A stretch of DNA of 64,000 bases. It comes from Pseudomonadota bacterium (GTDB taxonomy: Bacteria; Pseudomonadota; Gammaproteobacteria; Burkholderiales; SG8-39). Made by a program: the position numbers and the translations under genes. Below are positions 62,323-64,000 of this stretch, in pieces. Numbering within the stretch: position 1 is the stretch's first letter; every line of letters starts with the position of its first letter. Under the pieces are notes generated by a model, which saw only the letters and a list, made by a program, of their open reading frames with translations, did not search any database and was not told where the DNA came from. The stretch covers positions 4,439 through 68,438 of the forward strand of contig JAQBXT010000006.1 in assembly GCA_027624175.1 (NCBI GenBank), in the 5' to 3' direction.

Positions 62323-62346
62323 TGCACCGTGCTAGGCTCGCAGCCC

Positions 62347-62577
62347 ATGATCAACAAGCGATTGCTGGACGAACTGGGCGAGCGCATCGGCGAGGCCGCA
62401 CGCGGGTCCCCGGCGCAGGATCTGGAGAAGAACCTGCGCGCCCTGCTCGCGACGTTCTTCGACCGCTACGACGTGGTGCTGCGCGAGGATTTCGAGGTGC
62501 AAAGAAAGCTCCTCGAGCGCGCTCAGACCAAGCTCGCCGCCCTCGAGGCGCGCGTCGCCACCCTGGAAGGCGGGTAA
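62347..62577 (+). CDS. ubiK: UbiK/YqiC (BMFP) family accessory factor.
   Basis: In ORF 62287..62577 the ATG is at 62347: MINKRLLDELGERIGEAARGSPAQDLEKNLRALLATFFDRYDVVLREDFEVQRKLLERAQTKLAALEARV. Confidence 0.8.
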   Translation: MINKRLLDELGERIGEAARGSPAQDLEKNLRALLATFFDRYDVVLREDFEVQRKLLERAQTKLAALEARVATLEGG

Positions 62578-62623
62578 ACCGAGACCGCCCGTGCCGCGTT
62601 GCTTCCCTGGAAGGGGAACGCAA

Positions 62624-64000
62624 ATGGCGCTGGCCACCGTGGCGAGTCGCGCGCTCGCAGGGATCGACGCGCCGGAGGTGACGGTAGAGGTGCACCTCGG
62701 ACCCGGGCTGCCCGCGTTCCATATTGTGGGCCTGCCCGACGCCGAAGTGCGCGAGGCGAAGGACCGTGTGCGCGCGGCGCTCAACCACGCGCAGTTCGAG
62801 TTTCCGTCCCGGCGCATTACCGTCAATCTGGCGCCCGCCGACCTGCCCAAGGATTCGAGCCGCTTCGACCTGCCGATCGCGCTCGGTATCCTCGCCGCGA
62901 GCGGGCAACTGCGCGCCGCGGCGCTCGAAGGACTGGAATTCGCCGGCGAGCTGTCGCTGACCGGCGAGCTGCGCCCCGTGCGAGGCGCGCTGGCGATGGC
63001 GCTGGGCTGCGCCCGCTCGGGACGCAGCTTCGTACTGCCGGCGCAAAACGCGGCGCAGGCCGCACTCGCCGGGCGCGTCACCGTGCTGCCGGCGAACAGC
63101 TTGCTGGAAGTTTGCGCGCATCTCGCGGGCCAGGCGCTCCTGCAGCCGCACGGTCCCGATGCGGTGCATGCCCTGCCTGCCTATGCGGATTTCCGCGACG
63201 TGAAGGGACAGACGGCCGCCAAGCGCGCGTTGGAAGTTGCGGCGGCGGGCGGCCACAGCCTGCTGATGGTCGGCCCGCCGGGCACCGGCAAGTCGATGCT
63301 GGCGGCACGTTTTCCGGGAATCCTCGCGCCCATGAGCGAGGCCGAAGCGCTGGAGAGTGCGGCGATCCAGTCGGCCTCGGCGGGCGGCTTCGATACTGCG
63401 CGCTGGGCGGCGCGGCCGCTGCGCGCACCGCACCACACCGCGTCGCGCGTGGCGCTGGTGGGCGGCGGCAGCCCGCCGCGCCCGGGCGAAATTTCGCTCG
63501 CGCACCAGGGCGTGCTGTTCCTGGACGAGCTGCCGGAGTTCGGCCGCGAGGAGCTGGAGGCGCTGCGCGAACCGCTCGAGTCCGGTTGGGTTTCCCTGTC
63601 GCGCGGGGCGCGCCAAGCGCGCTTCCCGGCGCGCTTCCAGCTCATGGCGGCGATGAATCCCTGTCCCTGCGGCTACCTCGGGCACGCCAGCGGTCGTTGC
63701 CGGTGCACGCCCGACGCCATCGCGCGCTACCGCGCTCGCATCTCGGGCCCGCTCGCCGACCGCATCGACATCAAGATCGACGCGCCGGTACCGCGCGAGG
63801 CCGAGCTGCTGGCGGCCGCGGACGGCGAGCCGACGCGCGCGATCCGCGAGCGCGTCGTTGCGGCGCGCGGGCTGCAGGTGCAGCGACAGGGCAAGCCGAA
63901 CGCGCTCCTGGGAACGCAGGAGATCGAAACCCATTGCGCCACCGGCGCGGAAGTCGAGAGCCTGGTGAAACAGGCGATGGTGCGCCTGTCGCTGTCGGCG
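62624..64000 (+). CDS. YifB/ComM family Mg-chelatase-like AAA+ ATPase, 3' end cut by the window edge.
   Basis: Not in the ORF track because it is open at the right edge. Manual translation from ATG 62624: MALATVASRALAGIDAPEVTVEVHLGPGLPAFHIVGLPDAEVREAKDRV..., Walker A LLMVGPPGTGKSMLA, Walker B GVLFLDELPEF, and zinc-like NPCPCGYLGHASGRCRC. Confidence 0.9.
   Translation, partial: MALATVASRALAGIDAPEVTVEVHLGPGLPAFHIVGLPDAEVREAKDRVRAALNHAQFEFPSRRITVNLAPADLPKDSSRFDLPIALGILAASGQLRAAALEGLEFAGELSLTGELRPVRGALAMALGCARSGRSFVLPAQNAAQAALAGRVTVLPANSLLEVCAHLAGQALLQPHGPDAVHALPAYADFRDVKGQTAAKRALEVAAAGGHSLLMVGPPGTGKSMLAARFPGILAPMSEAEALESAAIQSASAGGFDTARWAARPLRAPHHTASRVALVGGGSPPRPGEISLAHQGVLFLDELPEFGREELEALREPLESGWVSLSRGARQARFPARFQLMAAMNPCPCGYLGHASGRCRCTPDAIARYRARISGPLADRIDIKIDAPVPREAELLAAADGEPTRAIRERVVAARGLQVQRQGKPNALLGTQEIETHCATGAEVESLVKQAMVRLSLSA

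Noticed and set aside
62351-63934. 527-aa minus-strand ORF antisense to the comM/yifB gene; similarly 35871..37604 (antisense to the topoisomerase), 42046..43590 (antisense to rsmB) and 32194..33402 (antisense to dnaN).
   Set aside because: All lie opposite genes with strong family signatures and have Arg/Ala-rich composition typical of GC-rich antisense frames.

Overview
The window is visibly GC-rich (about two-thirds G+C by eye, not computed) and gene-dense. It is a proteobacterial chromosome segment, and the gene order looks betaproteobacterial. It covers the classic origin-proximal housekeeping neighbourhood. On the minus strand: atpIBEFHAGDC, parAB, rsmG-mnmG, and mnmE-yidC-yidD-rnpA-rpmH. 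On the plus strand: dnaA-dnaN-gyrB. Further along are a topoisomerase III-like gene with smg and dprA, then def-fmt-rsmB, a DUF4390 gene with ntrYX, trkAH and metH. Accessory modules are interspersed: (1) a dedicated proteobacterial sortase locus at the left edge (response regulator, VIT-vWA target protein, sortase); (2) a tctCBA tricarboxylate transporter flanked by two diverged copies of the atpC 3' end; (3) an MFS, TAXI-TRAP, aminotransferase and GTP-PEPCK block that separates mnmG from mnmE; (4) an aromatic-acid operon (CoA ligase, FAH hydrolase, maiA-type isomerase, pcaHG) next to rhodanese and thioesterase genes; (5) a sigma-54-type porin-glnK-amtB operon. Features absent from the ORF track but readable in the sequence are rpmH, a bTHX ribosomal protein gene, two parS sites upstream of mnmG, DnaA boxes flanking dnaA, and several intrinsic-terminator-like hairpins. 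Three coding irregularities deserve a check against raw reads, because they could be real biology or assembly errors: a frameshift in the TsaP-like LysM gene, an in-frame TAA in the TorF-type porin gene, and an fmt gene whose conserved N-terminus begins at CTG. No tRNA, rRNA, CRISPR array, transposase or integrase was recognised. Most long ORFs antisense to real genes are treated as high-GC artefacts.
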